From positions 20,792 through 84,791 of the forward strand of contig CACOMO010000003.1 in the NCBI GenBank assembly GCA_902628335.1: 64,000 bases of DNA, read 5' to 3'. The stretch comes from an uncultured Gammaproteobacteria bacterium (GTDB taxonomy: Bacteria; Pseudomonadota; Gammaproteobacteria; GCA-002705445; GCA-002716945). The notes under the pieces are model-generated. The model was given only the letters and a program-made list of their open reading frames with translations, was not told where the DNA came from and ran no database searches. Below are positions 33,776 to 45,134 of this stretch, one piece after another. Numbering within the stretch: the stretch's first letter is position 1; each line of letters starts with the position of its first letter. The translations under genes and the position numbers were made by a program.

Positions 33776-36313
33776 ATGTCAGATAATAGACAAATTCGTT
33801 TTGAACAAGAAATGAGGCAATCATATCTTGATTATGCGATGAGTGTGATAGTAGGGAGAGCCCTGCCTGATGTTAGAGATGGTCTAAAGCCAGTGCACAG
33901 GCGAGTATTATATTCCATGTACGAATTGAATAACATTTGGAACAAATCCTATAAAAAATCTGCAAGGATTGTTGGTGATGTTATAGGTAAATATCATCCT
34001 CACGGTGATTCGGCAGTTTATGACACCATTGTTCGTCTAGCGCAACCTTTTTCAATGAGACATCCATTAATTGACGGGCAAGGTAATTTTGGTTCTATAG
34101 ACGGCGATGCGCCAGCCGCTATGAGATATACAGAAGTAAGAATGTCCAAGCTTTCTCAGGAGCTATTACATGATATTGACAAAGATACTGTTGATTTTAA
34201 TCCTAATTACGATGGGTCGGAGACAGAGCCAAGTGTTCTACCAACTAGATTGCCTAATTTACTTATTAATGGATCGACTGGGATTGCAGTGGGTATGGCA
34301 ACAAATATACCACCACATAACTTAAATGAAGTTATAGATGCTACTACCGCAATAATTAAAGAACCTCATCTTGCACTTGAGGAGAATATACAAGAATTAA
34401 TTGATAAGAGTGGTTTACAGGGACCAGATTTTCCGACGTATGGAGAAATAAAAAATGATGGAGGAATCTTAGATGCCTTAACTACCGGTAGAGGCTCTTT
34501 CAAAATTAGAGCAAAGCATGCAATCGAAAATAAAGATAATGACAAGACTTCTATTGTGTTTACAGAGTTACCTTATCAAGTAAACAAGGCTAAGTTGATT
34601 GAAAATATCGCTCAGCTTGTTAGAGATAAAAAAATTAATGAAATAAGTAATTTACGCGATGAATCTGATAAAGATGGAATGCGTCTTGTAATTGAACTAA
34701 AAAGAGGAGAACAACATGAAGTAGTTCTAGGATCTCTATATAAGCATACAAATGCACAAATTTCTTACTCGGTAAATATGGTGTGTCTGGTAAATGGTGA
34801 GCCCAAAACGCTGGGTTTTACTGACATTGTAAATGAATTTATAGCTCACCGCAGAGAGATTATTACAAAAAGAACGTTATATGAACTCCATAAGTCAAAA
34901 AATAAAGCACATATATTGGAAGGTCTGGGTATCGCTCTTGTAAATGTTGACGATATTATCGAATTGATTAAAAAAGCAAAAAATATTAGCGATGCAAAAA
35001 TATCATTAACATCTAAGTCTTGGGATTTCAAAACTATTGAAAAGTATATCGGGGTAGTAGATAAAGAAACTAAAGAGTTCTTTAAACAAGATTCGAGCCA
35101 GGGATTAATCAATGGTAAATACAAACTATCAGCACAACAGGCACAGGCAATTCTAGAGCTAAGATTGCAAAAACTAACAAACATGGAACAAGAAAAAATA
35201 TTTTCTGATTATGAGAATGAAATTAACTCAATCCGAGAATATATCAAAATCCTTACTAGTCCCGAAGAACTTGATAAGGTTATGATAAAAGAACTCAATG
35301 ATGTCAGAGACAATTACGGTGAACCACGTAGATCCATCGTTACAGCTGATGAAGGAGAGTTAAGGAAAGAGGATTTAATCAAGAAAGAGAAAGTTGTAGT
35401 TGTTCTTACAAAAGCAGACTATGTAAAAAGACTTCCTTCAGATGATTTCAAGAGCCAAAAAAGAGGTGGAAGAGGGGTCAATGCCACGAAATTTAAAGAT
35501 GGCGATGAGACAAAACTAATTTGTCAAGCACACACACATGACACCATTCTGTGTTTTTCAACCCTTGGCAAAGTGTATGCTATTAGGGCATTTGATATCC
35601 CTGATCCTAGTAGACAAGCACGCGGTAGACCAATTAATAATGTAATACCACTATCAGCAGATGAATCGATAAGCACATTTGTTGTGCTCAACAATGTTGA
35701 TGATAACGGTTATTTATTCATGTCGACGAAGATGGGTATGATAAACAAAATTCCTGTAGCATTGTTTAAAAAAATTAGATCAACAGGTCTTAAAGCCATA
35801 GTACTCAAACCCGGGGACGAATTACTCGGTGCTCATTATACTTCACCAAATCAACAACTAATGTTAATTGCTGACAATGGTAAAGCGATAAGATTTTCTG
35901 AACAAGATGTAAGGGAGAGATTTAGAGGAACGTTAGGTGTTAAGGGCATGCAGTTAACCACAAATAGTTCTCTTGTATCAATACTAAAGCCAAATATTGG
36001 AGAAATAATAACTGTCACTGAAAATGGTTATGGGAACAGAGTATCTGTTGATAATTACAACGTCCAGAAACGTGGTGGAGTTGGTGTTATTTCAATAAAG
36101 ACAACAAAGAGGAATGGTAAAGTTGTAGGCGCAGTAAATGTCTCAGCAAATGATAATATTATAATGATTACTAATAGAGGCAAAACAATTAAGATTTCTG
36201 TCAATGATATGCCTATAATTAATAGAAATACCCAGGGTGTCAGAGTGCAAGTATTACAAGACGACGAGAAGGTAGTAGCAGTATCAACGGAGACAATAGT
36301 AAATAATGGCTAA
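33776..36313 (+). CDS. gyrA: DNA gyrase subunit A
   Basis: [38 protein letters not shown] (QRDR), [10 protein letters not shown]. 845 aa with a beta-pinwheel C-terminal domain. Confidence 0.97.
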   Translation: MSDNRQIRFEQEMRQSYLDYAMSVIVGRALPDVRDGLKPVHRRVLYSMYELNNIWNKSYKKSARIVGDVIGKYHPHGDSAVYDTIVRLAQPFSMRHPLIDGQGNFGSIDGDAPAAMRYTEVRMSKLSQELLHDIDKDTVDFNPNYDGSETEPSVLPTRLPNLLINGSTGIAVGMATNIPPHNLNEVIDATTAIIKEPHLALEENIQELIDKSGLQGPDFPTYGEIKNDGGILDALTTGRGSFKIRAKHAIENKDNDKTSIVFTELPYQVNKAKLIENIAQLVRDKKINEISNLRDESDKDGMRLVIELKRGEQHEVVLGSLYKHTNAQISYSVNMVCLVNGEPKTLGFTDIVNEFIAHRREIITKRTLYELHKSKNKAHILEGLGIALVNVDDIIELIKKAKNISDAKISLTSKSWDFKTIEKYIGVVDKETKEFFKQDSSQGLINGKYKLSAQQAQAILELRLQKLTNMEQEKIFSDYENEINSIREYIKILTSPEELDKVMIKELNDVRDNYGEPRRSIVTADEGELRKEDLIKKEKVVVVLTKADYVKRLPSDDFKSQKRGGRGVNATKFKDGDETKLICQAHTHDTILCFSTLGKVYAIRAFDIPDPSRQARGRPINNVIPLSADESISTFVVLNNVDDNGYLFMSTKMGMINKIPVALFKKIRSTGLKAIVLKPGDELLGAHYTSPNQQLMLIADNGKAIRFSEQDVRERFRGTLGVKGMQLTTNSSLVSILKPNIGEIITVTENGYGNRVSVDNYNVQKRGGVGVISIKTTKRNGKVVGAVNVSANDNIIMITNRGKTIKISVNDMPIINRNTQGVRVQVLQDDEKVVAVSTETIVNNG

Positions 36314-37379
36314 AGAACTTAAACAGATTAGACAATCAATTGATAAAATTGATAAAAAACTTGTTGATCTCTTGAATGACAGGGCAAAATTAGCACAGAA
36401 TATTAAAATTGAAAAAGAAAAATTGGGTGATGAGAGTATCTTTAAGCCAGAGCGAGAAGCACAAATTCTTAGGAAGCTTAATTTGCTAAATCGTGGTCCT
36501 CTATCAGAAAAACATTTATATATTGTTTTTCGAGAGATCATGTCAGCATGTTTATCTCTTGAGACACAACTTAAAGTAGGTTGTTTAGGCCCAGAAATGT
36601 CATATAGTAATTTGGCGCTCATAAGATATTTCGGTTCTTCAGTTAAAAGCTCTTTCGCATCTTCAATTAAAGAGATATTTAATGAAGTAGAGGCTAATAA
36701 TTATCATTATGGAGTTGTTCCAATAGAGAATTCTTCACAAGGTAGTATTAAAGAGACTTTGGATAATCTAATTTCCTCAAAACTATCAATATGTGGTGAA
36801 GTCAATTTAAAAGTTCAGCATTGTTTATTATCCAAAGTTAAAATATTAAAATCTATAAAAACAATTTATGCTCATGATCAATCTTTCCTGCAATGTAATC
36901 AATGGTTAGAGAGAAATCTTCCAAGTGCCAGAAGAATAAGTGCAACCAGTAATTCAGCTGCTGTGAAAAAGATAAATAAAATGAAAAATTCTGCAGCTAT
37001 TGCAAGTGAATATAGTTCATTGTTTTATCAAATCCCAATATTTAAGAAAAACATTAATGATTATAAAGATAATACTACTCGTTTTATCGTTATTGGTAAA
37101 AATAATATAGCATCCAGTGGTAATGATAAAACTTCTATATTAGCATCAATACCCAATAAGTCAGGCTCATTATCAAAGCTTCTAAAACCATTGGCAGAGA
37201 AAAAGATCACTATGACTAAAATAGAGTCAATTCCTACAAAAATAAATAATTGGGAATATATGTTTGTCATTGATATTAAAGGTCATAAAGATGACAAGAG
37301 AGTTACAAATGTTTTAACTCAGATGAGCAAAGATAGCGTATTTTTTAAAGTACTTGGTTCGTATCCAATAAATGATTAA
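36306..37379 (+). CDS. pheA: Bifunctional chorismate mutase / prephenate dehydratase (P-protein)
   Basis: An N-terminal CM helix ([26 protein letters not shown]), a PDT domain, and a C-terminal ACT region with TRF..(I/V) and ESIP motifs. Confidence 0.92.
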   Translation: MAKELKQIRQSIDKIDKKLVDLLNDRAKLAQNIKIEKEKLGDESIFKPEREAQILRKLNLLNRGPLSEKHLYIVFREIMSACLSLETQLKVGCLGPEMSYSNLALIRYFGSSVKSSFASSIKEIFNEVEANNYHYGVVPIENSSQGSIKETLDNLISSKLSICGEVNLKVQHCLLSKVKILKSIKTIYAHDQSFLQCNQWLERNLPSARRISATSNSAAVKKINKMKNSAAIASEYSSLFYQIPIFKKNINDYKDNTTRFIVIGKNNIASSGNDKTSILASIPNKSGSLSKLLKPLAEKKITMTKIESIPTKINNWEYMFVIDIKGHKDDKRVTNVLTQMSKDSVFFKVLGSYPIND

Positions 37380-38478
37380 TAAAGTGTCCACAAATAACTA
37401 TAAGCCGGGTTTAGATATTGAATATGTCAAAAAGAAGTATAAGCTCAGCAAAGTTATTAAACTTGCTTCTAATGAAAATCCAGTTGGACCATCAAAATCA
37501 GCACTAAGTATATTAGAAAAAAGTCAGAAAAATATCAATAGATATCCTGATGGCAAGTGTGATGCTCTTAAGAAAGAAGTTGCTATGTTTATATCTAAAA
37601 GTTTTGTGAGTCCAAAAAATATTGTGATAGGTAATGGCTCTAGTGAGATTCTTGAACTAGTAGCAAAGGCATTTCTAACTAAGCAATCAGAAGCACTTTT
37701 TAGCAAGCATTCATTCATTGTTTATAAATTAGTGTCCAATTTTATGAACGCGAGAATCAGAGAGTCTAAACTAATCACAAAAAACGGCGCAAATTACATG
37801 TCATCTGATCTCGATGATATGAAAAATAGCATAACATCAAAAACAAAAGTGATATTCATACCTAACCCAGCTAATCCAACTGGTGCGATTATTACTCATA
37901 AGAAAATTGATAATTTTATTTCCTCAGTTTCAAAGAAAATAATTATCGTGATTGATGAGGCGTATATTGAATATGCATGTATGCGTGGTCATAAATCTTG
38001 TGTCGATCTATTGAGGAAATACAATAACATAATTATTACCAGGTCTTTTTCTAAGATATACGCTCTAGCTGGTGTTAGAGTTGGGTATGGTCTAGCAAGT
38101 GAAAAACTCATATTAGCACTCAATAACAAAAGACAACCATTTAATGTCAATCAAATTGCCCAACTTATGGCAATTAGGTCACTTAAAGATAAAAAATTCC
38201 TCACAAATAGTTTAAAAGATTATGAGATATGTAGAGAATATCTTACAAAAGAACTTGATAACCTGAATCTTAAGTATATAGATTCTTACGCTAATTTTAT
38301 TACTATAAATTTTGGTAAGGCCACACAATCTATTTTTAATAGACTCCTTAAGTCAGGTATTATATTAAGGCCACTTGATAACTATAAACTTCCAAACTAC
38401 CTGAGATTAACGATTGGCACACTCGGAGAGTGTAAATTTTTTATATCAAAACTGAAGCATATCCTGGTCAAAAAGTAA
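37372..38478 (+). CDS. hisC: Histidinol-phosphate / aromatic aminotransferase
   Basis: KLASNENPVGPS, NPANPTG, and the PLP-Lys region RSFSKIYALAG. pheA-hisC-tyrA-aroA synteny. Confidence 0.85.
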   Translation: MINKVSTNNYKPGLDIEYVKKKYKLSKVIKLASNENPVGPSKSALSILEKSQKNINRYPDGKCDALKKEVAMFISKSFVSPKNIVIGNGSSEILELVAKAFLTKQSEALFSKHSFIVYKLVSNFMNARIRESKLITKNGANYMSSDLDDMKNSITSKTKVIFIPNPANPTGAIITHKKIDNFISSVSKKIIIVIDEAYIEYACMRGHKSCVDLLRKYNNIIITRSFSKIYALAGVRVGYGLASEKLILALNNKRQPFNVNQIAQLMAIRSLKDKKFLTNSLKDYEICREYLTKELDNLNLKYIDSYANFITINFGKATQSIFNRLLKSGIILRPLDNYKLPNYLRLTIGTLGECKFFISKLKHILVKK

Positions 38479-39323
38479 TGTTTAAAAATATCTACATTTA
38501 TGGTTTAGGTATGATGGGTGGTTCTATTGCGAAAGCTATAAGGATAACTAATCCAAAAATAAAAATATTTGCGACAGATATTGATTTAGGGTCACTTAAA
38601 TATGCCAAGAGAATGAGAATTATTGATGATTTTGATTCGAGAAAGTATAAATGTCTAAATAAGTGCGATTTAATAATTATATGTGTGCCAATACTTTCTT
38701 ATAATAGTGCAATAGACATCATTCAACAGCATCGAAAGAGTGAGTCTTTGATAACAGATATCGGAAGTACTAAAAAAGAAATAATTACAATTGTAAAAAA
38801 GAATAGATCAATCAATAAATCATTCATAGGTTCACATCCACTAACTGGTATGGAAAAAATATCTGTTAAAAACTCTAATGCAGATATTTTTGAAGATTCT
38901 TTCGTCTTGATAAATACAACGGGAAGATCAACAAAACAAAACGAAAAAAGGATAATAAATTTTTGGCGTACACTGAATTGTAAAACAATTTCTGTTACTC
39001 CAGAAACTCATGATAAGATTCTATCGATGACAAGTCACTTACCTCATATCTTATCTTTCATACTTGTTGACATAATATCTAGAAATAAAATGATTGATAA
39101 CTTAGATTCATATACAGGTGGGGGTTTTAAAGACTTAGCCAGATTAGCCAGAAGTGATGTTACTATGTGGACTGATATTATATTAACAAATAGGTCTAAT
39201 ATAATATCTTCAATCACTAAATTCTCTAATAATCTTGACTCCTTCAAAAATTTGATATCAAAAGGAGACTCGAAAAAAATAAAAGACTATTTAGTAAAAC
39301 GAAAAAATAAATCTGTTAATTAA
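38478..39323 (+). CDS. tyrA: Prephenate dehydrogenase
   Basis: Rossmann IYGLGMMGGSIA, GSHPLTGMEK, and HDKILSMTSHLPH motifs. Confidence 0.85.
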   Translation: MFKNIYIYGLGMMGGSIAKAIRITNPKIKIFATDIDLGSLKYAKRMRIIDDFDSRKYKCLNKCDLIIICVPILSYNSAIDIIQQHRKSESLITDIGSTKKEIITIVKKNRSINKSFIGSHPLTGMEKISVKNSNADIFEDSFVLINTTGRSTKQNEKRIINFWRTLNCKTISVTPETHDKILSMTSHLPHILSFILVDIISRNKMIDNLDSYTGGGFKDLARLARSDVTMWTDIILTNRSNIISSITKFSNNLDSFKNLISKGDSKKIKDYLVKRKNKSVN

Positions 39324-39327
39324 TAAG

Positions 39328-40626
39328 ATGGCAAGAAATATTATTATAAATGGATCTGATAGTTTTGATTTCCAAGTTGAGATACCAGCTGACAAATCAA
39401 TAACACATCGTGCTATTATCATTGCTTCTATGTGCGAGGGTGAAATTAAACTACTGAATCCACTATTAGCAGATGATTGTTTGTCCACTATTGAAGTTAT
39501 GAGGCAACTTGGTGCTGAAATAAAAGAAGAAGGCACAAACCTAATAATACATGGAAGAAATTATAATAATTTCATACAACCTAGAGGAAAATTGAATGCA
39601 GGTAATTCAGGAACGTTAATGAGATTGATATCTGGAATTTTATCCATGCAAAATTTTACATCTGAGATTTTTGGTGACGAATCACTGATGAATCGACCCA
39701 TGAACCGCATATCCAGTCCACTAGCTGAAATTGGATGTAACTTAAAAACTCTTGATGGAAAACCACCGATCAAATTCTATCCTTCAAATACTAAAAAATC
39801 TTTTCAATATGATAATGTTTTACCAAGTGCTCAGGTTAAATCTTGTATGATATTTGCAGCAATCTATCTTGAGGGCGAATCAATTGTTAAGGAAAAATTT
39901 ATCACACGAGATCATACTGAAAGATTGCTAACATATTTAGAGTATCCTATCAAAACAATTGGTAAAAACATTCATATTATGGGACAAGGAAGAATAAATG
40001 CTAAAGAAATTAAAATTCCTAATGATTTTTCATCAGCTGCATTTTTTATTGTGGCAGCATTAATCAAGAAGAACTCAAAACTATTTATGAAAGACATTAA
40101 TTTTAACGAGAGAAGAACAGGTATCGCCAAAGTATTACAGAAAATGGGAGCAAAAATTACAGTAGAGAATAAAAGATATGAGGCAAATGAACTCATAGTC
40201 GATATCACGTCTGAATATAGCGTTCTAAGTGCTGTTGATGTATCTGGAGAGAATATATCTGATTTAATTGACGAGTTTCCTATACTTTTCATAGTCTGCG
40301 CAGTGTGCAAAGGCGTTTCAAATATTGATAATATTGAGGAACTAAGATACAAAGAATCTGACAGAATTAACTCAATGGAGAAAGGTTTGAACACACTTGG
40401 TATAAAGACGGAGTCTACTAAGACTTCTATCAAGATTCATGGTGGAGAGTTTAACGGCGGCATTGTCGATAGTTTTGGAGATCATCGAGTAGCTATGGCC
40501 TTTGCGATCGCAGCTTTAATTTCTAAGAAACCAATAACTATACTTAATACTCAGAATATATCGACTTCTTTCCCTAATTTTATAGATTTACTAATGGAGA
40601 TAGGAGTGGAAGTGTATGAGTCATAA
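39328..40626 (+). CDS. aroA: 3-phosphoshikimate 1-carboxyvinyltransferase (EPSP synthase)
   Basis: PADKSITHRA, LNAGNSGTLMRL, KESDRI, FGDHRVAMAFAIAAL motifs. 432 aa. Confidence 0.94.
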   Translation: MARNIIINGSDSFDFQVEIPADKSITHRAIIIASMCEGEIKLLNPLLADDCLSTIEVMRQLGAEIKEEGTNLIIHGRNYNNFIQPRGKLNAGNSGTLMRLISGILSMQNFTSEIFGDESLMNRPMNRISSPLAEIGCNLKTLDGKPPIKFYPSNTKKSFQYDNVLPSAQVKSCMIFAAIYLEGESIVKEKFITRDHTERLLTYLEYPIKTIGKNIHIMGQGRINAKEIKIPNDFSSAAFFIVAALIKKNSKLFMKDINFNERRTGIAKVLQKMGAKITVENKRYEANELIVDITSEYSVLSAVDVSGENISDLIDEFPILFIVCAVCKGVSNIDNIEELRYKESDRINSMEKGLNTLGIKTESTKTSIKIHGGEFNGGIVDSFGDHRVAMAFAIAALISKKPITILNTQNISTSFPNFIDLLMEIGVEVYES

Positions 40627-41284
40627 AATCGCACGTGTTATCACTATTGATGGTTTAGCAAGCTCAGGAAAGACATCTATCTCTAAAAAGCTGTCTGAAA
40701 AGCTTGGATATTATTTCTTGGATAGCGGCATATTATACAGATCAGTGGCTTATATATGCTTGACAGAGTCTCTTGAGAAGAACACAAATTTGCTAATTAA
40801 TAATTTAGAGAATAATTTAGAGGTTGTGGCAGATAAAAAAAAACACTACGAGGTTAATTATAGAGGTAGCGATATATCTGAACATCTCTATAATGAGGAG
40901 ATTGGTATATATGCATCGATAGTATCTCAGAAGTCTGAAATAAGAGAATATTTAATGAAACTTCAACACAATTGCGTAAAGCTACCAGGGTTAGTTGCTA
41001 ATGGTCGAGATATGGGATCAAAAGTTTTTCCAGATGCAGATTTTAAATTGTTCATCACAGCTGAATTAGCAGTTAGAGCCGAGAGAAGGTTTAAACAATT
41101 AACTGTTGCAGGAACAGAAGCTTCATTAGAAAAAATCACATCACAATTAGCAGAAAGAGATAAAAATGACAAGAATAGGAAAATATCACCACTAATAGCT
41201 CCAACTGGATCAATTGAAATAGATTCTAGTCATCTAAATGTAGATAGAATCCTTGATAAAATCCTTGAATTGTATAAGATATGA
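40616..41284 (+). CDS. cmk: Cytidylate kinase
   Basis: P-loop ITIDGLASSGKTS, LDSGILYR, GRDMGS motifs. aroA-cmk-rpsA synteny. Confidence 0.92.
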   Translation: MSHKIARVITIDGLASSGKTSISKKLSEKLGYYFLDSGILYRSVAYICLTESLEKNTNLLINNLENNLEVVADKKKHYEVNYRGSDISEHLYNEEIGIYASIVSQKSEIREYLMKLQHNCVKLPGLVANGRDMGSKVFPDADFKLFITAELAVRAERRFKQLTVAGTEASLEKITSQLAERDKNDKNRKISPLIAPTGSIEIDSSHLNVDRILDKILELYKI

Positions 41285-41315
41285 TAGTTCTTATTTTATT
41301 GAGGTGAACAATTTA

Positions 41316-42635
41316 ATGCAGTCAGAGTTTGAAGTACTTTTTAAAGATAGTGTCAAAGATATTGATATGACTCCAGGAAGTATGGTCAACGCCAAAGTAA
41401 TTGAGATCAGAAACGACTATATTGTCATAAATGCAGGCCTTAAATCTGAAGGCATCATCCCTAAGAATCAGTTTTTAGACTCTAATGGTGATCTTGAAAT
41501 CAAAATTGGTGATACTGTAGAAGTCATTCTTGATATGGTTGAAGATGGTTATGGTGAGACTATTTTGTCAAGAGAGAAGGCTAAAAGAACAAAAGTTTGG
41601 TCTGAATTAGAAAAAATACAAACCAGTCAAGAGACTATCACAGGAAAAGTTTGTGGCAAGGTGAAAGGTGGTTTTACAGTTGAACTCATGAACGTAAAAG
41701 CATTCCTACCTGGATCTCTTGTTGATATAAGGCCAAATAAAGAGGTAGATTATATAGAGGGAAAAACTCTCGATTTCAAGATAATTAAAATGGACAAACT
41801 TAGAAATAATATTGTGTTGTCAAGAAAGGCAGTTTTATTAGATCAAACCTCCAGCCCAGATGAGGTTGCTGATAAGTATACTGAAGGTAAGATTGTATCA
41901 GGGTTCATAAAGAACCTCACAGACTATGGCGCATTTATTGATCTTGGGGGTATTGATGGTTTACTACATATAACAGATATCTCATGGAAAAGGATTAATC
42001 ACCCAAGTGAATTATTAAAAATAGGTGATGAAATAGAAGTAAAAGTACTGAAATATGATGCAGAAAAAAATAGAGTAAGTTTGGGCATGAAACAACTACA
42101 AGATGATCCATGGGATAAAGTTAAAGATACATTAGAACTTGGTAATCAATATAAAGGGAAAGTCACAAATATTGCGGAGTATGGAGTATTTGTAGATCTT
42201 GGAGATAACATTGAAGGCCTAATAAGAACCTCTGAGCTTAATTGGACAAATAAAAATATTAATCCAAATAAAATTGTCTCTATTGGTGAAGAGCTTGAGA
42301 TCAAAGTTATAGAGATTGATGATGAAAAGAGAAGAGTTTCGCTAAGTCTAAAACAATGCTTAGAGAATCCATGGAAGATATTTGAGCAGAACAACAGCAA
42401 AGGGGATATACTAAAGAGCCAAATAAAATCAATAACAGATTTCGGGATCTTTGTTGGACTCGAAGGCGGGATTGATGGCCTGATTCATATTACTGACATA
42501 TCAAAATCTGAAGATCAAGAACAAGCAATCCGTAAATATAAAAAAGGTGATGAAGTTGAGTCGATTATTCTATCAGTTGATTCAGACAGAGAGAGAGTTT
42601 CTCTTGGTATTAAGCAATTAGAAGATGTTGGTTAG
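41316..42635 (+). CDS. rpsA: 30S ribosomal protein S1 (five S1 domains, 439 aa)
   Basis: Start MQSEFEVLFKDS is preceded by GAGGTG. Five OB/S1 repeats are recognisable (...GLKSEGIIP, VKAFLPGSLVD, GIDGLLHITDISW, IEGLIRTSELNW, GIDGLIHITDIS). The track start at 41253 adds a non-homologous extension. Confidence 0.95.
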   Translation: MQSEFEVLFKDSVKDIDMTPGSMVNAKVIEIRNDYIVINAGLKSEGIIPKNQFLDSNGDLEIKIGDTVEVILDMVEDGYGETILSREKAKRTKVWSELEKIQTSQETITGKVCGKVKGGFTVELMNVKAFLPGSLVDIRPNKEVDYIEGKTLDFKIIKMDKLRNNIVLSRKAVLLDQTSSPDEVADKYTEGKIVSGFIKNLTDYGAFIDLGGIDGLLHITDISWKRINHPSELLKIGDEIEVKVLKYDAEKNRVSLGMKQLQDDPWDKVKDTLELGNQYKGKVTNIAEYGVFVDLGDNIEGLIRTSELNWTNKNINPNKIVSIGEELEIKVIEIDDEKRRVSLSLKQCLENPWKIFEQNNSKGDILKSQIKSITDFGIFVGLEGGIDGLIHITDISKSEDQEQAIRKYKKGDEVESIILSVDSDRERVSLGIKQLEDVG

Positions 42636-42649
42636 AGTGTTAGAGATAT

Positions 42650-42940
42650 ATGGTTATAAATAAATCAGATATCGTATCTAGCTTATCGGATAACTTAGAG
42701 TCTTATAGCACCTCTGATATAGATTATTCTATCAAGAAGATTCTATCTTTAATGTCGAAGTCTTTGTACTCAGGTGAGAGAATAGAAATACGTGGGTTTG
42801 GCACATTTTCACTCCATCATCATAACTCCAGAACTGCAAGAAATCCAAAAACAGGTGATTTAATTGCGCTTGAGAGTAGGTCAACTATTCATTTCAAACC
42901 TAGCAGCGAACTTAGAGAAAGAGTCAACAATAAAAATTAA
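42650..42940 (+). CDS. ihfB: Integration host factor beta subunit
   Basis: GERIEIRGFGTFSLHHHNSRTARNPKTGD...HFKPSSELRERVN matches the IHF-beta arm and tail. Follows rpsA. Confidence 0.92.
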   Translation: MVINKSDIVSSLSDNLESYSTSDIDYSIKKILSLMSKSLYSGERIEIRGFGTFSLHHHNSRTARNPKTGDLIALESRSTIHFKPSSELRERVNNKN

Positions 42941-42989
42941 TAACATATTTCTTCAATTTACGTTATTAATAGAATAATATGTTACTAAG

Positions 42990-43283
42990 ATGTTTAGAGT
43001 ACTTATATTTCTAATAACACTTTCACTAATTGCATTTTCAATAATCATCTCAATGTTTAATGCTGGTAACATAGATCTTGACTTATATTTTATAACATAT
43101 ACTGCTCCAATCCCTCTGTTTTTATTTATAAGTTTTTTGCTGGGCTCATTTTTAGCTTTATTATTTTTCTTTTCTGCATACATTAAACATAAGCATGAAA
43201 ATATAGGGCTTAAAAAATCAATGAAAATAAAAGAGGATGAGATAGATAGTATGAGGAAGAATCCACTCAGGGACGATCATTAA
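42990..43283 (+). CDS. lapA: Lipopolysaccharide assembly protein LapA (DUF1049-type)
   Basis: 97 aa with two TM helices and a charged tail. Position ihfB-lapA-lapB-pyrF. Confidence 0.7.
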   Translation: MFRVLIFLITLSLIAFSIIISMFNAGNIDLDLYFITYTAPIPLFLFISFLLGSFLALLFFFSAYIKHKHENIGLKKSMKIKEDEIDSMRKNPLRDDH

Positions 43284-44464
43284 TGATCTATTTTATCGTT
43301 GCTGCGGTAGCTATAACATCAATTATTTTTTACTATTATTACAAACCAGAAAAGAAAGTAACTAAAAATGTTTTTAACGCAGAGTATTATAGAGGTTTGA
43401 ATTACTTATTAAACAATAAAGAGGATCGAGCTTTTAAAATATTTACTGCATTGATGGATGTAGATAGTTCTACAATTGAAACTCATTTGGCGCTCGGAGG
43501 TCTTTATCGTAAAAGAGGAGAGTTTGATAAAGCAATACTAATCCACCAAAATCTTTTATCAAGGCCAACACTTGAGAAGGAGTTAAAAAATCAAGCGTTA
43601 TATGAGTTAGCAAAAGATTTCCATTCAGCAGGACTTTACGATAGATCTGAGAAAATCTTCAAAAATCTCTCTGAATTTGACTCATATGCACTCTCTTGTT
43701 ATGAGGAGTTAGTCAAACTTTATGAGGTTATCAAAGATTGGGATAAAGCAATTAATACAATAAATAAATCTGATAGTGTTGAGATAAACAATCATCCAAG
43801 AGATTTATTAATTTCTCATTATCTTTGTGAAATATCAAATAATCATTATAATGATTCAGAAATTGAAAGAGCGGTTGTTGTTACAAAAAAATCACTCAAG
43901 ATATCACCAATGTCTTTAAGGCCATATCTCCAGCTTGGAGAATACTATTCAGAAACAGACGTTAAACGTTCTTTGCAATATTACACTCAAGCAATACAAG
44001 TTGATACAGATTTTTCTAAATATATTATTAGTAAAATAATTAATTTAACTAAATCAGAACATAACAGTAGTCTAGTGATGGATACCATACAATCGCTATC
44101 TGGTGAAAGCGAGCTTCCATTCATCCCTGGAGTATATGTTTATCTACTCTATGAGGGTAATGATACTATAGCCTCATCATATATAAAGAGATATCATGGT
44201 GTCAGTGATTATGATGATTTCACAATCAATTGCACACTAGCAACAGTGGAAAAAAATGACATGACTAAAATACCAACAGTTGACAATATGATAAATAGTT
44301 ATAAGAAGATCTTTGATAAAGGTTTTATTTTCTTATGTTCGAATTGTGGGTATAAATCTAATATTTTGAATTGGTTATGTCCAAGTTGCAACAACTGGAA
44401 TTCCTCAAAACCGATTACGTCATTTGATTTGATAGAGAGAGGTCAGAAAAATGCTGGACAGTAA
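43283..44464 (+). CDS. lapB: Lipopolysaccharide assembly protein LapB (YciM)
   Basis: N-terminal TM, TPR repeats (LGGLYRKRGEFDKAILIHQNLL) and a C-terminal rubredoxin-like CSNCGY...WLCPSCNNW. Confidence 0.88.
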   Translation: MIYFIVAAVAITSIIFYYYYKPEKKVTKNVFNAEYYRGLNYLLNNKEDRAFKIFTALMDVDSSTIETHLALGGLYRKRGEFDKAILIHQNLLSRPTLEKELKNQALYELAKDFHSAGLYDRSEKIFKNLSEFDSYALSCYEELVKLYEVIKDWDKAINTINKSDSVEINNHPRDLLISHYLCEISNNHYNDSEIERAVVVTKKSLKISPMSLRPYLQLGEYYSETDVKRSLQYYTQAIQVDTDFSKYIISKIINLTKSEHNSSLVMDTIQSLSGESELPFIPGVYVYLLYEGNDTIASSYIKRYHGVSDYDDFTINCTLATVEKNDMTKIPTVDNMINSYKKIFDKGFIFLCSNCGYKSNILNWLCPSCNNWNSSKPITSFDLIERGQKNAGQ

Positions 44465-45134
44465 AGTCATCATAGCACTTGATTATTCGGATGAAAAAGA
44501 AGTCTGGCAATTTTGTGAACGACTAGATAATAATAAATGCAAGTTAAAAGTTGGAAAACAGCTTTTTACAAAGTATGGACCAAGCTTAGTTGAGAAACTT
44601 CAGTCAAAAGGTTTTAAAATTTTTCTTGATCTCAAATTCCATGATATACCAACTACAGTATACAAAGCATCAATAGAAGCATATAAATTAGGTATCTGGA
44701 TGCTGAATGTACATGCTCTAGGTGGAGCAGAGATGATGAGAGCGGCTTTACAAGCTAGAGATGAGATTAATTCTGAATCAAAATTAATCGGGGTTACGGT
44801 TTTAACTAGTCATTCAGATGAGAGCCTTTCACGCATTGGTATTGGCAAAAGAGATAATCTAGCAAAAATACTTGCTAATCAGGTAAGTGATGTAGGATTA
44901 GATGGTGTTGTGTGCTCACCATCAGATATTGAGTCAATTGGAATTAGAGAGGAGTCGTTTTTATTCGTCACACCTGGAATACGATTATCTCTGGATAGTG
45001 ATGATCACAATAATGCTTTTACACCGAAACAAGCATGTAGTTTGGGTGCTGATTATATCGTCATAGGTAGACCAATCACAGAGTCAGATGACCCAATGTG
45101 TATTTTAGATAAGGTAGTTTCATCTACTTATTAA
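44451..45134 (+). CDS. pyrF: Orotidine 5'-phosphate decarboxylase
   Basis: VIIALDY..., KVGKQLF, FLDLKFHDIPTT, IVIGRPI motifs. Confidence 0.92.
   Translation: MLDSKVIIALDYSDEKEVWQFCERLDNNKCKLKVGKQLFTKYGPSLVEKLQSKGFKIFLDLKFHDIPTTVYKASIEAYKLGIWMLNVHALGGAEMMRAALQARDEINSESKLIGVTVLTSHSDESLSRIGIGKRDNLAKILANQVSDVGLDGVVCSPSDIESIGIREESFLFVTPGIRLSLDSDDHNNAFTPKQACSLGADYIVIGRPITESDDPMCILDKVVSSTY

Noticed and set aside
39972-40433. 153-aa antisense ORF inside aroA. Similar antisense ORFs occur at 827-1075, 3416-3643, 4845-5231, 24898-25251, 28608-28970, 34846-35184, 36284-36622 and 55723-56019.
   Set aside because: All lie fully inside strongly conserved genes on the opposite strand. They have low-complexity, Ser/Ile/Phe-rich translations typical of shadow frames in AT-rich DNA, and none shows recognisable motifs.
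41253-41315. Track N-terminal extensions of rpsA. The same applies to fdh (46221), queA (51796), tgt (52832), iscS (58945), ndk (63402), zapE (48508) and csp (10885).
   Set aside because: The extensions lack homology to the respective families and often overlap the upstream gene. Internal ATG or TTG starts with better Shine-Dalgarno spacing match the conserved N-termini.
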